A stretch of DNA of 64,000 nucleotides from the NCBI RefSeq assembly GCF_001194135.2, contig NC_068985.1, forward strand, positions 118,134,294-118,198,293. The letters run 5' to 3'. Positions 12,990 through 25,855 of this stretch are shown one piece after another (the first letter of the stretch is position 1; each line of letters begins with the position of its first letter). The translations under genes and the position numbers were made by a program. This stretch comes from Octopus bimaculoides (Eukaryota). The notes under the pieces are model-generated. The model saw only the letters and a program-made list of their open reading frames with translations, did no database searches and was not told the DNA's origin.

Positions 12990-13202
12990 GGGATTTTCAG
13001 AAAGAGAAATCGACTGGCTAATTCGTACATTACAAGTGCAATTTATGAGTGGAACAGTAAAAATATGCAAGACTTTTCTCAAGTTCCAAATGTGAATTTG
13101 TCTGTGTAAACTACATCCCAAAGATGGAGCCTTGTATCTTTGTTGGAAACTGGCTTCCTCCTCAGTGGAAGATTTATAATAACTGAAAAATAGAAGAGAC
13201 AT
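12990..13202 (+). mobile_element. 3' end of a non-LTR retrotransposon, copy 2 (inverted relative to 9602-9814)
   Basis: Frame REIDWLIRTLQVQFMSGTVKICKTFLKFQM*. Same 213-bp extent as copy 1. Confidence 0.55.
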
Positions 13203-13227
13203 ACACACACACACACATACATATATA

Positions 13228-13660
13228 GTTGTGGCAGATACCAGTGTCACACAAAGGCACCGGTGCTGATGGCACATAAAAACACCTTTCAAGCATTGGA
13301 CCTCAATGGAGGCAAGGACCAAAATCATTTGGCATTATGTTGGGCTTCGAGTTTTGGGCCTCACGGAGGCAGTGACCAAGTCCATTTGGCATTATGTCAT
13401 ACTTGAGGTGAAGACCCATCAAGCCAAGTAAAACCACAGTTGTAACAGATACCAGCGTCATGCAAATGGCACCCATGCTGGTGGAAAGTAAAAGTACCCA
13501 TTACACACTTAAAGTGGTTGGTGTAAGGAAGGGCACCAGTCATAGAATCCATGCCAAAACAAACTGGAGTCTGGCTTAGCCTTCCAGCTTGCCAGCCCTG
13601 GTCAAATAATCCAACCTGTGCCAGCCTGGACAACAGACGTTGAATTATGATGATGATGAT
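13228..13660 (+). mobile_element. RTE-tail SINE / LINE 3' end with (GAT)n tail
   Basis: GTGGTTGGTGTAAGGAAGGGC...CCAACCTGTGCCAGCCTGGACAACAGACGTT followed by GATGATGAT. The family recurs at 22150, 31693, 33770 and 35925. Confidence 0.75.
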
Positions 13661-13663
13661 ATA

Positions 13664-13701
<38 letters not shown>

Positions 13702-14257
13702 AGTAAAAATAAATACAAAAAAAGGGGGTTTTGTATGATTGTGTATAGAGGAATATATTATTTTGTTTAAAAGAGTTCCAACACTGTCTGTTTTTTTATG
13801 TTTTATTTATATTCCTGCAAAACCAATGTGGGATATAGAATATGGAATATACAATATATAATATAATATNNNNNNNNNNNNNNNNNNNNNNNNNNNNNNN
13901 NNNNNNNNNNNNNNNNNNNNNNNNNNNNNNNNNNNNNNNNNNNNNNNNNNNNNNNNNNNNNNNNNNNNNNNNNNNNNNNNNNNNNNNNNNNNNNNNNNNN
14001 NNNNNNNNNNNNNNNNNNNNNNNNNNNNNNNNNNNNNNNNNNNNNNNNNNNNNNNNNNNNNNNNNNNNNNNNNNNNNNNNNNNNNNNNNNNNNNNNNNNN
14101 NNNNNNNNNNNNNNNNNNNNNNNNNNNNNNNNNNNNNNNNNNNNNNNNNNNNNNNNNNNNNNNNNNNNNNNNNNNNNNNNNNNNNNNNNNNNNNNNNNNN
14201 NNNNNNNNNNNNNNNNNNNNNNNNNNNNNNNNNNNNNNNNNNNNNNNNNNNNNNNNN

Positions 14258-14309
<52 letters not shown>

Positions 14310-15029
14310 ATGTATGAATGCATATGTATAACAAAAATCTGAGAATTTAACATTGATAAACAGCAAAATTTTGAATAGAACACTTGAAAATTACTTTTCC
14401 ATTTAACCCAGACAAACCCAAAATATTCTTGGAAATCACAGTAACTGCAACGGTTGCTATTCTAGGCTCAAGCTGTATCAACCAAAATACATAATGTGAT
14501 ATTGAATTTTTACAAAGGGAGAAATTCAATACCACACTGTTTATTATGTTTGACCTTTGCTCTAAACATGAAAAACTTCAGAAATAGAAATAGAGGTTAA
14601 ATAGTGGATTTGATGTGCAATGCCAGGTCTGTCAGTCTGTCTGTCTCTCTCTGTCTTTCTCTTTTCCTCTCTCACACATACGCACACAAAACAAAACAAC
14701 CAAACAAAAAAAAATTTGTGATGGAATGTTTGAAGTAATTACAATCCAGACTGAAACGTGGCATCTCAAGTATCAGGTGTACATGTCACTATCAACTATT
14801 TGATAAGTTACCCGCATCCGATAGGTATGTGTGTATTATGCGACTGTGGTGTAAGTGAAAGTATAATCTTCTGTTGGAGAAGAATTGCAAAAGAAAGAAA
14901 TGTGGGGAGCATATCTTTATAACTGCTTGAGGTCCTTCATTCTCAGTTGAAAAGAGATAGTCATGCACTAGGGCAATGTTCTGCATCTTATTCCATGACA
15001 TCTGGTATCCTGCAGGTATTTGCTCTTGA

Positions 15030-15530
15030 CCTCTTGTCACTTGTTGCATACATTAACGAAATAGATGTCAACTTGAAGTATGCAGACAACATTAATCTGT
15101 ACTTTGAGATAAAAAGAACGGATCCTATACATTACAAATCTTGCCCACAATTTGGTCTGAACGCAATGCTGCTATGGACTGCTAACTGGCAACTCAAGCT
15201 GGCTGTAGGCCATTACACCACTATACATTTTGAGAGGTTAAACTTGAAATTTATCTACTTCCTACACAACACCAACCCTAAGAAGTTTGTTGGTGAATGT
15301 GACCTTGGATTTATTGTCAACAGTATTAGATTAGCCATATTTCTAAAGTCGTCAAAATGGCCAAATGTGTCTTAACATCATTCAGTAAGACCTTTGTCAG
15401 CTGCTATACCTGGCTATGGTATGTCCACACTTAGAGTTTGAAACTCTAGTCTGGATGCCCCATCTTGTCCAGCTAAAAATGTGCAACAAGTCACCATATC
15501 TTACATGTATTGTTTCTCTGAACATCTAGC
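15030..15530 (+). pseudogene. CR1/L2-type LINE RT fragment
   Basis: AYINEIDVNLKYADNINLYFEIK and WQLKLAV, homologous to the CR1 fragment at 60925-61945. Confidence 0.7.
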
Positions 15531-16378
15531 ATTTAGCAGCTGACTTGGTAGAAGCCTAGAAAATTATCTATCATCTTTTCAACAACAATTTTGGTCACCT
15601 TTTTGAATTTAGTACCTCTATCGTTCAAGGACATGTTAATAAAATCAAAAAACAATGTAGCACCCATGATTTTCTCACATTCAGAATTGTCAAAGCATAG
15701 AATAAACTACCTGCATCAGAAGGAAACAGTGCCCTGGCAGCTAGTCAGAGCACTGCATCATTAAAAAATTCCATGCTTCCCAAAATTTGCCAACACATTC
15801 CTGATGTGTCTATACAGCTCTTATGACTCTCTTCATTTTCAATTTTCTATTATTATGTGTTTTATTCAGCATACTGTGTATATATTTCTAGCCGTCTTTG
15901 CTACCTTTCTTTATTTGACTGCTTTCTGTTTCCTCTTTTCACATTTTCTGATGAGTCGTAGACACCTGAGCACTATGTGCAATAAGCTCATTATTATGTA
16001 AAAACTGCAAGGATTTTGTCTTAAGCTCTCATTATTCTGCCAGTTCACATCCTAGTTACCAAAAATAGTATGAAAGAGAAAACTTTATGGCATTCTGAGT
16101 GGCTAATTTGACAACCATAGATATTGTATCATTGACAAATGTTTCCTTTGAAGTCCAACTGAGAGCAAAGCTGTCAAAGACCATGCTAACACATCAAGCG
16201 ATGCATTAGATTTACAAAGAGGAGGAACTTTTGAGTTCCAGAAAGCTCAAGTGTGCAGTTAGGGGATTACTATTATTAAAATTTCCAATTAAAACAATAT
16301 TTGTTCTCATCAGCATCATCATTATTGTCATTGTCATTGTCACCACCACCCCTGCCACCACCACCACCACCATGACTT

Positions 16379-17032
16379 GACAACGACAACAACGAGGTTG
16401 ACGATGACGACGATGACGAGGATGATGATGATAACGACAATGAGGATGAGGATGACGATGACGATGATGACAATGATGACGACAACAATGACAAGGACGA
16501 CGACGACGACAAAGATGACGATGACGACGACGACGACGAGGATGACAAGGATGACGACGACGACAGGGATGACAATGACGACAAGGATGACGATGACGAC
16601 GACGAGGATGACAATGTCAACGACGATGACAAGGATGACAACAACGACAGGGATGACGACGACGACGATGACAATGACGATGACGACGACGACGATGACA
16701 ATGACGACGATGATGACAAGGATGACAACGACGACAGGGATGACGATGAGGACAAGGATGACGATGACGACGACGAGGATGACAATGTCGACGACGATGA
16801 CAAGGATGACAACGACGACAGGGATGACGATGACAACAAGGATGACGATGACGACGACGAGGATGACAATGACGACGACGATGACAAGTATGACAACGAC
16901 GACAGGGATGACGATGACGACAGGGATGACGATGACGACAGGGATGACGATGACGACGACGAGGATGACAATGACGATGACGATGACAAGGATGACAACG
17001 ACGACAGGGATGACGATGACGATGACGACGAC
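16379..17032. repeat. Degenerate (GAY)n trinucleotide array with a higher-order unit of about 84 bp
   Basis: 654 nt of in-phase GAC/GAT triplets. AGG variants recur at 16565, 16649, 16736, 16820 and 16904. Confidence 0.9.
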
Positions 17033-18670
17033 CACCATCATTGGTAATAACAATGTCAACAACAGTAACAACAACATATGTGTTGAGTTGGTAGTTTCAG
17101 AGGATAACTTCTGGCTTCTAAACCCATAACAACAGCAGCAACAATGTTTTTTGATGTCCATTTTTGATGTAAAGGTTTGGTTTTTAATTTAAAATATCAG
17201 GTGATTGGAAGGTGAAATTGTCAGACTGTAGGAAGCATGATTCAAATAGGATTGCACTAATTATAAATGATACAACCCAGAGAATCATTTTAGATAAAAT
17301 TATTTGTAACAGAAGGATAAAATATTATAAATATAAAAACTAAATAGTGATTAGATGTGTTAATTGGAGTTACATAAATAGAAATTCATTAATAGTTAGA
17401 TTAAATAAAAAATGTAACAATGGTACTTTACAGAAAGAGAAGGAAATTTTTTTTTGTTCGTTTTCCATAGCACTTTTACTATTTTATATTCAGTCTCTAA
17501 TATGCTAGAAATAATGGGACAGGTTTGAAAACATGAGACATTATATCGTTAGTGCTATTTTATTGTTGAATATCCCACCAACTAATACTGTTTAGACTAT
17601 TACTGGAAGAATAGTGTAATCTGCTTCAGATATCTGCATGTTTGTCTAGCATTTAGCATAATTTTCAGGATTGAGAAAACATACTGTCAGGAGTTCTCAA
17701 AAGAACTTTATAGCCAGTTATCTCGGTTTGAACTCTGATAAACAAAAATAAGTGTTTTGTAGCCAGGCAGGCAGCCAGCCAGCCACCCTGGTTAACAAAT
17801 CAGCATTCTAGCCATAGTGGGTGGCCACAAAATTCTTTTTGGTATTGCTGACAACATTTTTCTTTTTTTTTTTTAGAGTATTCGTTGAATGAAAAGAACA
17901 AAAACATTCAATGATGTTATAGTATTGGAGAATCATTGGCAAGTTTCGATTTAGAATGTGTCTGAAAAGTCAGGTTCATTCTCCAGTCATAGCAATTTTA
18001 CTTACTCCACTAATGTACTTGAAAGTGCATAGCCTAGTGATTAGGATGTAAGATTGTGGCTTCAATTCCCAGACTGGGCAATGCATTGTGTTCTGGAGCA
18101 AAACGCTTCATTTCATGCTACCCCAGTCCACTCAGATGTAAATGAGTCCCAGCAGTAACTGGAAAATTAACCCTTTGATGGACCAGGGGGAAGTGTTATA
18201 ATTTCAGTCACAGACACACCATGGAAACAGGGTTAAGTTCCAGTATTATGAGTCCTAGGGCTCATGATAGACCTAACTAATATATGAAATAAAAGGCATG
18301 ATTGATTCAACTTCAGGCAAATTGGTATTGTTGCTAAAGCATAGGACGATATATCTTCCAATATTTTTTCCATGCCTCTTAGTTCAAATCCCACTAAAGT
18401 CAGCTTTGCTTTTCATTCTTTTAAGGTCACTAAAATAAACTACCGTTCTAGGTGGTGAATTGGCAGAAGCGTTTGGGCAAGACGTCATGCTGTGTTTTGT
18501 TCAACTCTTTGCATTGTGAGTTGTTGTGGGTTAAAACTTTATTTGCTGTCCAGTCTAATACCACCACCTAGACCACATTGGTGCTTTTTGTGGAGTCTGC
18601 TCTGTTGCAAATATTCAAAAGTAAGAAGAAAACAAAATATAATAATACAGAAAGAAAAAGATGTGATGTA

Positions 18671-18716
<46 letters not shown>

Positions 18717-19349
18717 ATGCACGCGTGCGTATGTATGTACTAGCTGAATAGCCTGTTGTTGCCAGGCAATTTTTACAATAGAATGTCTTACATAGATTTT
18801 TGTTTGTTTCATGTCAGACCATGTCTTCCTTGACAGATAGGCCTCTTGAGCTGGACAGATTTGTGCAATTTTTTGCAAAAAACTTCATTGAGGATCTTTT
18901 TCCTTTGTAAATTTCATATGACTTTATTCATTAAAACTTCAGAAGTTCTTACAACTTTGGTTGTTGTAATGTTTTGCTTTCCTTTGTTTAATGAAAATTC
19001 CTCTTCCTAATGATTTTACTTTCAATTGAGATATCATGCAGAAAATATCAGCTTCCAAATCCTGTTTTCTGATTAGGTAAAATTGATTAAACTTTAAACC
19101 TCAGCAACATTTTTCTGCAATTTTTTTCTGGAACAAATAAATAACAAAATCAAATTTAATGTGGAAAATTATTTCAATATGCCAAATTTGAAAATTTTGA
19201 TGTAATTTTAAAATCTCACAATATGCGACAGCAACAGGGAGGACCCTACAAAAGTAGAGAGAGAAACGTTACACACACACACACACACACACACGCATTT
19301 ACAAACATACACAAAGGTAGTCAGGAATTTAACATGATGTACAGTAGAC

Positions 19350-19412
<63 letters not shown>

Positions 19413-19679
19413 TTTATGTACGTATGTATATGTGTGTCTGTGTGTAAGTGTTTCTTTGCAATGGACATCAGAAAGCCACCTTCCCCTGCTCTCCTTAAAG
19501 CTATGTATTCCTCACATCCACCCTTCTCTGTGTGTGTCGGGGTGTTATCTATGTATGTCGCTTACATAATGCTGTTCTTGCCTTCCCTGATATAAGTCAC
19601 CCTCACTCTGCTACTGCATTTCCCTCAGACTTATACATTTTGCACTCTTCTCACTTTAACATATAATTCGCCCAACACT

Positions 19680-19835
19680 CTGGGGAACACATTATAGATT
19701 TTTATTGAAATCCAGTTAGTCTATTATTGAACTGGATATTAGTGTCACATGTATGCAAAGTTTCATGAATATTGGTTCACTGGTTTAGGCACTATGATGG
19801 CAACACCAGACAGAAATTGCCATTTATATATAAGA
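19680..19835 (-). mobile_element. Helitron-like non-autonomous element, 5' end
   Basis: The minus strand starts A|TCTTATATATAAATGG..., followed by ACCAATATTCATGAAACTTTGCATAC, typical of non-autonomous Helitron 5' regions. Confidence 0.5.
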
Positions 19836-19853
19836 TACATACATACATACATG

Positions 19854-19889
<36 letters not shown>

Positions 19890-19927
19890 TATACATACAT
19901 ACATACATACATACATACATACATACA

Positions 19928-19966
<39 letters not shown>

Positions 19967-20208
19967 AATTAAAAAACAGAGAGAAAAGAAAAAGAAAAAA
20001 GCAAACAAATGTGAGGACGCACCACAAGCAATGTATTAACATGACACTTGGAGAAAGAAGAGAGTTGTTGTTTTACATTTTGAGCATAGCTCTTTGTCAG
20101 AAGCAGGAAAAACAGGAAAGTCCAAGGAAAAAGAAGGAAGAAGGAAGAAAAAATCGCCAACAGTTCATGTGCGATTACATAATGACTGAAGGCGCAGTCG
20201 TCATTAGT

Positions 20209-20400
20209 AAATTCAGTTGTCATTAATAGTGATTGAGGGTGCCGGGTAGCACCTACATTGCTAGAAACAAGAGGCAAAGACACATAGTCACAAAAAGCAC
20301 ATTGACTGTGTTTTTGTTGCTATAAGGGTCTTTGACTCTTGTTTCTAACAATGCAAATGCTTCCCTGCACTTTCAGTCACTATTAATGACAACTGAATTT
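20209..20400. repeat. Long imperfect inverted repeat (arms of about 92 bp, loop of about 7 nt); third direct copy at 20635-20770
   Basis: AAATTCAGTTGTCATTAATAGTGA...AAAAAGCAC pairs with GTGTTTTT...TCACTATTAATGACAACTGAATTT. Confidence 0.85.
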
Positions 20401-20974
20401 TTCCTTTTTGATTTTATATTGTGTCTAGCCACCTCTATTGTTTTATAATTTTCGCATTACGATTTTGCTGAATCATCCATTGATTCATATGATAAATACT
20501 ATATACTGACAGGTAGGATTTAGCTTAACCATCAGCGATGGAGTAATCACTGTTAATGAGCTTTAATTCCAAGCGAAATTAGCTTACCAGTATAGTGACC
20601 TCTCACTGTGGGGCACTTATCTCCCCTGTCAGTACATAGTCAATGTGCTTTTTGTGGCTGTAAGGGTCTTTGACTCTTGTTTCTAGCAATGTAGGTGGTA
20701 CCCTGAACCCTCATTCACTATTAGTGACAACTGATTTTTTCCTTTTTGGTTTTATATTGCATCTAGCCACATTCGTTATGTATGTATGTATGTATGTATG
20801 TAGGTATGTAGGTTTGTATGTATGTAAGTATGTATACACACATGTGAATTAGACTCTCTCAAATGCCCAGGAGACTCTCTTGAGGTTGTAGATAGTTTTT
20901 GTTACCTAGGTGACCAAATTAGTAATAGGGGAAGATATTCTGAAAGTGTTGTAGGATGGAGGATAGAAAACTAT

Positions 20975-21420
20975 TACCTCTGTTGGCAACAAAAGGACTC
21001 CTTTCTCAAGGTGAAAGGCAGATTGTATGATGCTTGTGTACAAACTGCTATACTCCATAGTAGTATGACATGGGCTCTGAATGTAGAAGACATAAGTAGA
21101 CTGGAGAGGAATGAAGCTAGTATGTTCCAGTGGTTATGCAACATCAGTGTGCATGCACAACAAAGTGTAAATGTGTTGAGAGAAAAGTTGGGCATAAGAG
21201 GAATCAGATGGAGCAAACAAGGGAGAAGACTGTTGCTTCGGATATGTGATGCATATGAATGAAGACAGTTGTATAAAGAAGTGCTGATCACTTAAAATGG
21301 ATGGCACTTGTGGAAGAGGGAGACCTAGAGTGACATGGGATGAAGTAGTGAGGACTGATCTCAGGATGTTGGGCCTTACACAGGGGATGACAATAAACTG
21401 AGATGTCTGACAATATGAGG
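20975..21420 (+). pseudogene. RTE-clade LINE ORF2 3' fragment
   Basis: KGRLYDACVQTAILHSSMTWALNVEDISRLERNEASMFQWLCNI...LREKLGIRGI. Confidence 0.85.
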
Positions 21421-21589
21421 TTCTTAAGAAGACCTTCCCACTTCAGTGAAACTGAGTTCTGGAAGTGCTCTATGTTCCACCCATATGTAACAATAAAATT
21501 TTCCACACACTCTAACCAAACCATATCTCATCTTCTCTTCCTCACATTTTCTCTTTATATGCACTATGTTAACGCTTATTACTCCTGCA

Positions 21590-21845
21590 ATTCAATCCTG
21601 TGCTCACTGCCCTGCCCACTGTATCACTGTTATCCTGTTGTCATTCCTGTTCCTCTATACACCCAAGTTTCACCAGTCACTGTATTTCCCACTCTTTGCA
21701 TTCTCTCTCCCAATTTCTGCAGCACAGTCCTGTCCTCACTGCTCTATCCATTGTGTCATTACTATCCTGTTGTCCCCACCTTCTCTATATACCCAGGTTT
21801 CACCAGTCATTGCATTCCCACCTCCTCTTTGCATTCATGTGAACC
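21590..21845 (+). repeat. Tandem duplication of about 130 bp in pyrimidine-rich LINE 3' UTR-like sequence
   Basis: TCCTG...CTCACTGC...ATCCTGTTGTC...CTCTATA(C/T)ACCCA(A/G)GTTTCACCAGTCA occurs twice. Confidence 0.65.
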
Positions 21846-22006
21846 CCCCTACACCCTACTGATGCACTCGTGACAGTACTTTACCATCCCATTTATATTC
21901 TCATCCCTGTGCCTTGAGAGTATGCCCTGGTGTATTGCTACCATCTCTCCCTTGTTCTCTCTCTCTCACCCTTGCTCTCTCTTGCACTCTCACACTTTCA
22001 CTCTCT

Positions 22007-22049
<43 letters not shown>

Positions 22050-22149
22050 ACCATGTACCTCCTCTACAATAAGACACCTGTTTCTGCTACTCTGTCACAC
22101 TCTAATATCTCATCACCTGGCACAAGGCCTCCTCCTTTAATAACCCCCT

Positions 22150-22480
22150 CCCAAAGGATTTTTGTCTTGCGGGTTAGTTGGTGATGCCACCAGTGCTGGT
22201 GCCACATAAAAAGCATCTAGTCCACCCTGTAAGGTAGTTGACATTAGGAAGAGCATCCAGCTGTAAAAATCATGTCAAAACACTTTGCCAGTGCTGATGC
22301 CAAATAAAAAGCACTCAGTCCACTCTGTAAGGTGATTGACATTAAGAAGAGCTTCCAGCCATAAAAGAAACATGCTAAAACAGACGGTGACGCCTGGTGT
22401 AGTCTTCTGGCTTGCCAGCTCCTGTTAGACCATCCTACCCATGCCAGCATGGAAAACAGATGTTAAAAGATGATGATGAA
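22150..22480 (+). mobile_element. RTE-tail SINE with internal duplication
   Basis: Same family as 13228 and 33770. Ends CCATGCCAGCATGGAAAACAGATGTT with a GATGATGAT tail. Confidence 0.75.
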
Positions 22481-23736
22481 AGAAAGAAGTAACAGTTGAA
22501 AAAGAAAGAAAAAGGGAAAGGCATAAGGTGAAAGGAAAGTGAAGATGGAGGTGGTGGAGGAAGAATACAATGAGCAGGAAAAAAAATGGGAGCATTAGGA
22601 GGAGGAGGAGGAGGAGGAGGAGGAGGGGAGGAGAAAAAAAAGAAAAAGAAAAATCTGTAGGATGTTTATTTTACAAGTGCATATCAGTAAAGCTTCCCCT
22701 GCTGCACATTTTGGAAAACGCCTTTGATGCACAACTGCATTCTCAGCTTCCAATCAGCCTCTCCTGTAACTAATAGTAGTAAGAAAGCAGTGGGACAGCA
22801 TCAAAGATATTGGCCAATGTATCTAAAGAAAGCAACNNNNNNNNNNNNNNNNNNNNNNNNNNNNNNNNNNNNNNNNNNNNNNNNNNNNNNNNNNNNNNNN
22901 NNNNNNNNNNNNNNNNNNNNNNNNNNNNNNNNNNNNNNNNNNNNNNNNNNNNNNNNNNNNNNNNNNNNNNNNNNNNNNNNNNNNNNNNNNNNNNNNNNNN
23001 NNNNNNNNNNNNNNNNNNNNNNNNNNNNNNNNNNNNNNNNNNNNNNNNNNNNNNNNNNNNNNNNNNNNNNNNNNNNNNNNNNNNNNNNNNNNNNNNNNNN
23101 NNNNNNNNNNNNNNNNNNNNNNNNNNNNNNNNNNNNNNNNNNNNNNNNNNNNNNNNNNNNNNNNNNNNNNNNNNNNNNNNNNNNNNNNNNNNNNNNNNNN
23201 NNNNNNNNNNNNNNNNNNNNNNNNNNNNNNNNNNNNNNNNNNNNNNNNNNNNNNNNNNNNNNNNNNNNNNNNNNNNNNNNNNNNNNNNNNNNNNNNNNNN
23301 NNNNNNNNNNNNNNNNNNNNNNNNNNNNNNNNNNNNNNNNNNNNNNNNNNNNNNNNNNNNNNNNNNNNNNNNNNNNNNNNNNNNNNNNNNNNNNNNNNNN
23401 NNNNNNNNNNNNNNNNNNNNNNNNNNNNNNNNNNNNNNNNNNNNNNNNNNNNNNNNNNNNNNNNNNNNNNNNNNNNNNNNNNNNNNNNNNNNNNNNNNNN
23501 NNNNNNNNNNNNNNNNNNNNNNNNNNNNNNNNNNNNNNNNNNNNNNNNNNNNNNNNNNNNNNNNNNNNNNNNNNNNNNNNNNNNNNNNNNNNNNNNNNNN
23601 NNNNNNNNNNNNNNNNNNNNNNNNNNNNNNNNNNNNNNNNNNNNNNNNNNNNNNNNNNNNNNNNNNNNNNNNNNNNNNNNGTAGTGAAACTATCACCTTG
23701 ATCACCATTATATACAAACAAACCATCTTCTCCCAC

Positions 23737-24539
23737 TGTTATAAATATATTCAAGTTCGGGCGTAGTAGAGAGCAGCCTACTGTATCCATCACCGTACCG
23801 TTCCCGCCAGAACGCAACTGACCAATCACAGCCCTTAATAAGGTCACGTGATAGTGTTTTTTGAATGCTTTCCTGGAGCCTACCCTCAGCTATAAATAGC
23901 CTAAATTATACCCGCCAAATCGTCGCGGCTCAGATCTTAGATCTGGTCGTTTGACCACACACGCATAACACAGTCAACCAGTTTCCAGCGACGACATCAA
24001 CACGACACTACTACTACCAGCATCGCCGCCAGCAGCAACACGACACTATGACTACCAGCATCGTCCCCGCCAGCGTCAACATGACTTTCTACACGTACAC
24101 TAGCTACCAGCAGCTAACCAAACTACCGCAGAACTTCTCTCTTCGATCCTGTTTGTGTGATTCATCTTCACCACGAAATAACAGCCAAGAGCCCAGCCTG
24201 CGAAAGACATCTGTACTCAAGAACCCGGCTTGGCATAGAAGCCACAACATCACAACTAGTGATCGCTCTGCCCCACACGCCTTAACTTCTTATACAGACA
24301 CTTACCACTGTGTACTCTAAGAACTGGTACCTTAAATCCTTATACGTGTTACTGACTCATATTCAATACTGTGTACCTCTCGTACCCACATACATGTATC
24401 ACTTACACACATTCTTTTCTATACATGTCTTTTATTGTGTTTTCATTATGTTGCATTCACACTCACACACAGACATACATTTTAATGCTACAATAAATAT
24501 TACTGTTATTCATCTTTATCGGTTGTGTTCTATCGTCTT
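23737..24539 (+). mobile_element. LTR (family 1) with Pol II promoter; 3' end in gap
   Basis: Starts TGTTATA. CCAAT 23822-23826, GTCACGTGA 23843-23851, TATAAATA 23891-23898, AATAAA near 24492. Homologous to 46515-47142 (minus). Confidence 0.65.
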
Positions 24540-25759
24540 NNNNNNNNNNNNNNNNNNNNNNNNNNNNNNNNNNNNNNNNNNNNNNNNNNNNNNNNNNNNN
24601 NNNNNNNNNNNNNNNNNNNNNNNNNNNNNNNNNNNNNNNNNNNNNNNNNNNNNNNNNNNNNNNNNNNNNNNNNNNNNNNNNNNNNNNNNNNNNNNNNNNN
24701 NNNNNNNNNNNNNNNNNNNNNNNNNNNNNNNNNNNNNNNNNNNNNNNNNNNNNNNNNNNNNNNNNNNNNNNNNNNNNNNNNNNNNNNNNNNNNNNNNNNN
24801 NNNNNNNNNNNNNNNNNNNNNNNNNNNNNNNNNNNNNNNNNNNNNNNNNNNNNNNNNNNNNNNNNNNNNNNNNNNNNNNNNNNNNNNNNNNNNNNNNNNN
24901 NNNNNNNNNNNNAAAATTCACTGATCTCGAAAAAGTGTAAACAAGCAATGTTAAATCTCTGAACGAGGTATAAACAGTAACTGCACGACAATGTGAAGTA
25001 TATTTGCCTCTTAAATGTGGCTAAACCCTAAGGGTGAATGTTACTGTTGCTTTTATCCCCAGGAGAACAGGGCACAAATGTGTGTTAATGGCCAGCTGGA
25101 GGATAAATTTTAGCCCTTCTATCATGAATTCTTTTTTGATGTGATGTGGGAGTTCGTTGGCGTAATTCTCTAACCAGAATTGAATTGCCTCTATTCCTAG
25201 GTTGTGGGGGATATTGGCATGGGTTAGATGGTTTGACAGGAATTGGTAAGCTGGAGAACTGCAGCTCTTTGGCTTACAAGGTCCAGTCTATTTTGACTTG
25301 GTTTCTATGTCTCATTTTCTGGTATGTCTACAGGCTTTCCCTATTCTCTACTCTATCAACTGATTTATTATACTGCTGTTCACCACTCTTTCTCTTCTGC
25401 CTCTTATCACCATCCACTTCCTGAGCTTTCTTCCTCATACTGGCACCTTCTCTACAATTGATATTTACCAACAACCACACCTTCACTCTCATACATCATT
25501 CACTACGTGAACCTCAACCCCTATATCTAAGCAACTTGTCACTCTCTTCTCACACCCCTATGGACTTATCCTCATCGTCAATTCATATTTTCTTTTATAC
25601 TCACCTCCTACCTTGAGAGGATGCTCAAACACCTCATCTCCAACACCATTATCCTCTTTTCAGCTTCTCCCCCAACTCTTATATAGCACAAGATAGTATT
25701 TCTTCTATAGCAAGATACTTGTGCCTGTCCTAGCATATTTTAGCTTTCAACATCAAGTA

Positions 25760-25855
25760 TCTGGAAGAGGTAGTGCTGCCCTGGGTCAAGAAGGTGGCTG
25801 CTAGAATACCTTATGTCTGGCAACAGGACACTGCACCATGCGACACAACCAGAAC
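25760..25855 (+). pseudogene. Tc1/mariner (DD37D-like) transposase fragment
   Basis: YLEEVVLPWVKKVAARIPYVWQQDTAPC. Confidence 0.65.

Noticed and set aside
15948-15985. CTGATGAG as a possible Penelope-type hammerhead ribozyme
   Set aside because: The required GAAA core is absent (GAGC instead) and the stems are not convincing. At best it is a dead relic.
16276-17161. Poly-Ser, poly-Val and poly-Thr/Met ORFs of 240-273 aa
   Set aside because: Alternative readings of the same (GAY)n array, which cannot easily produce stops.
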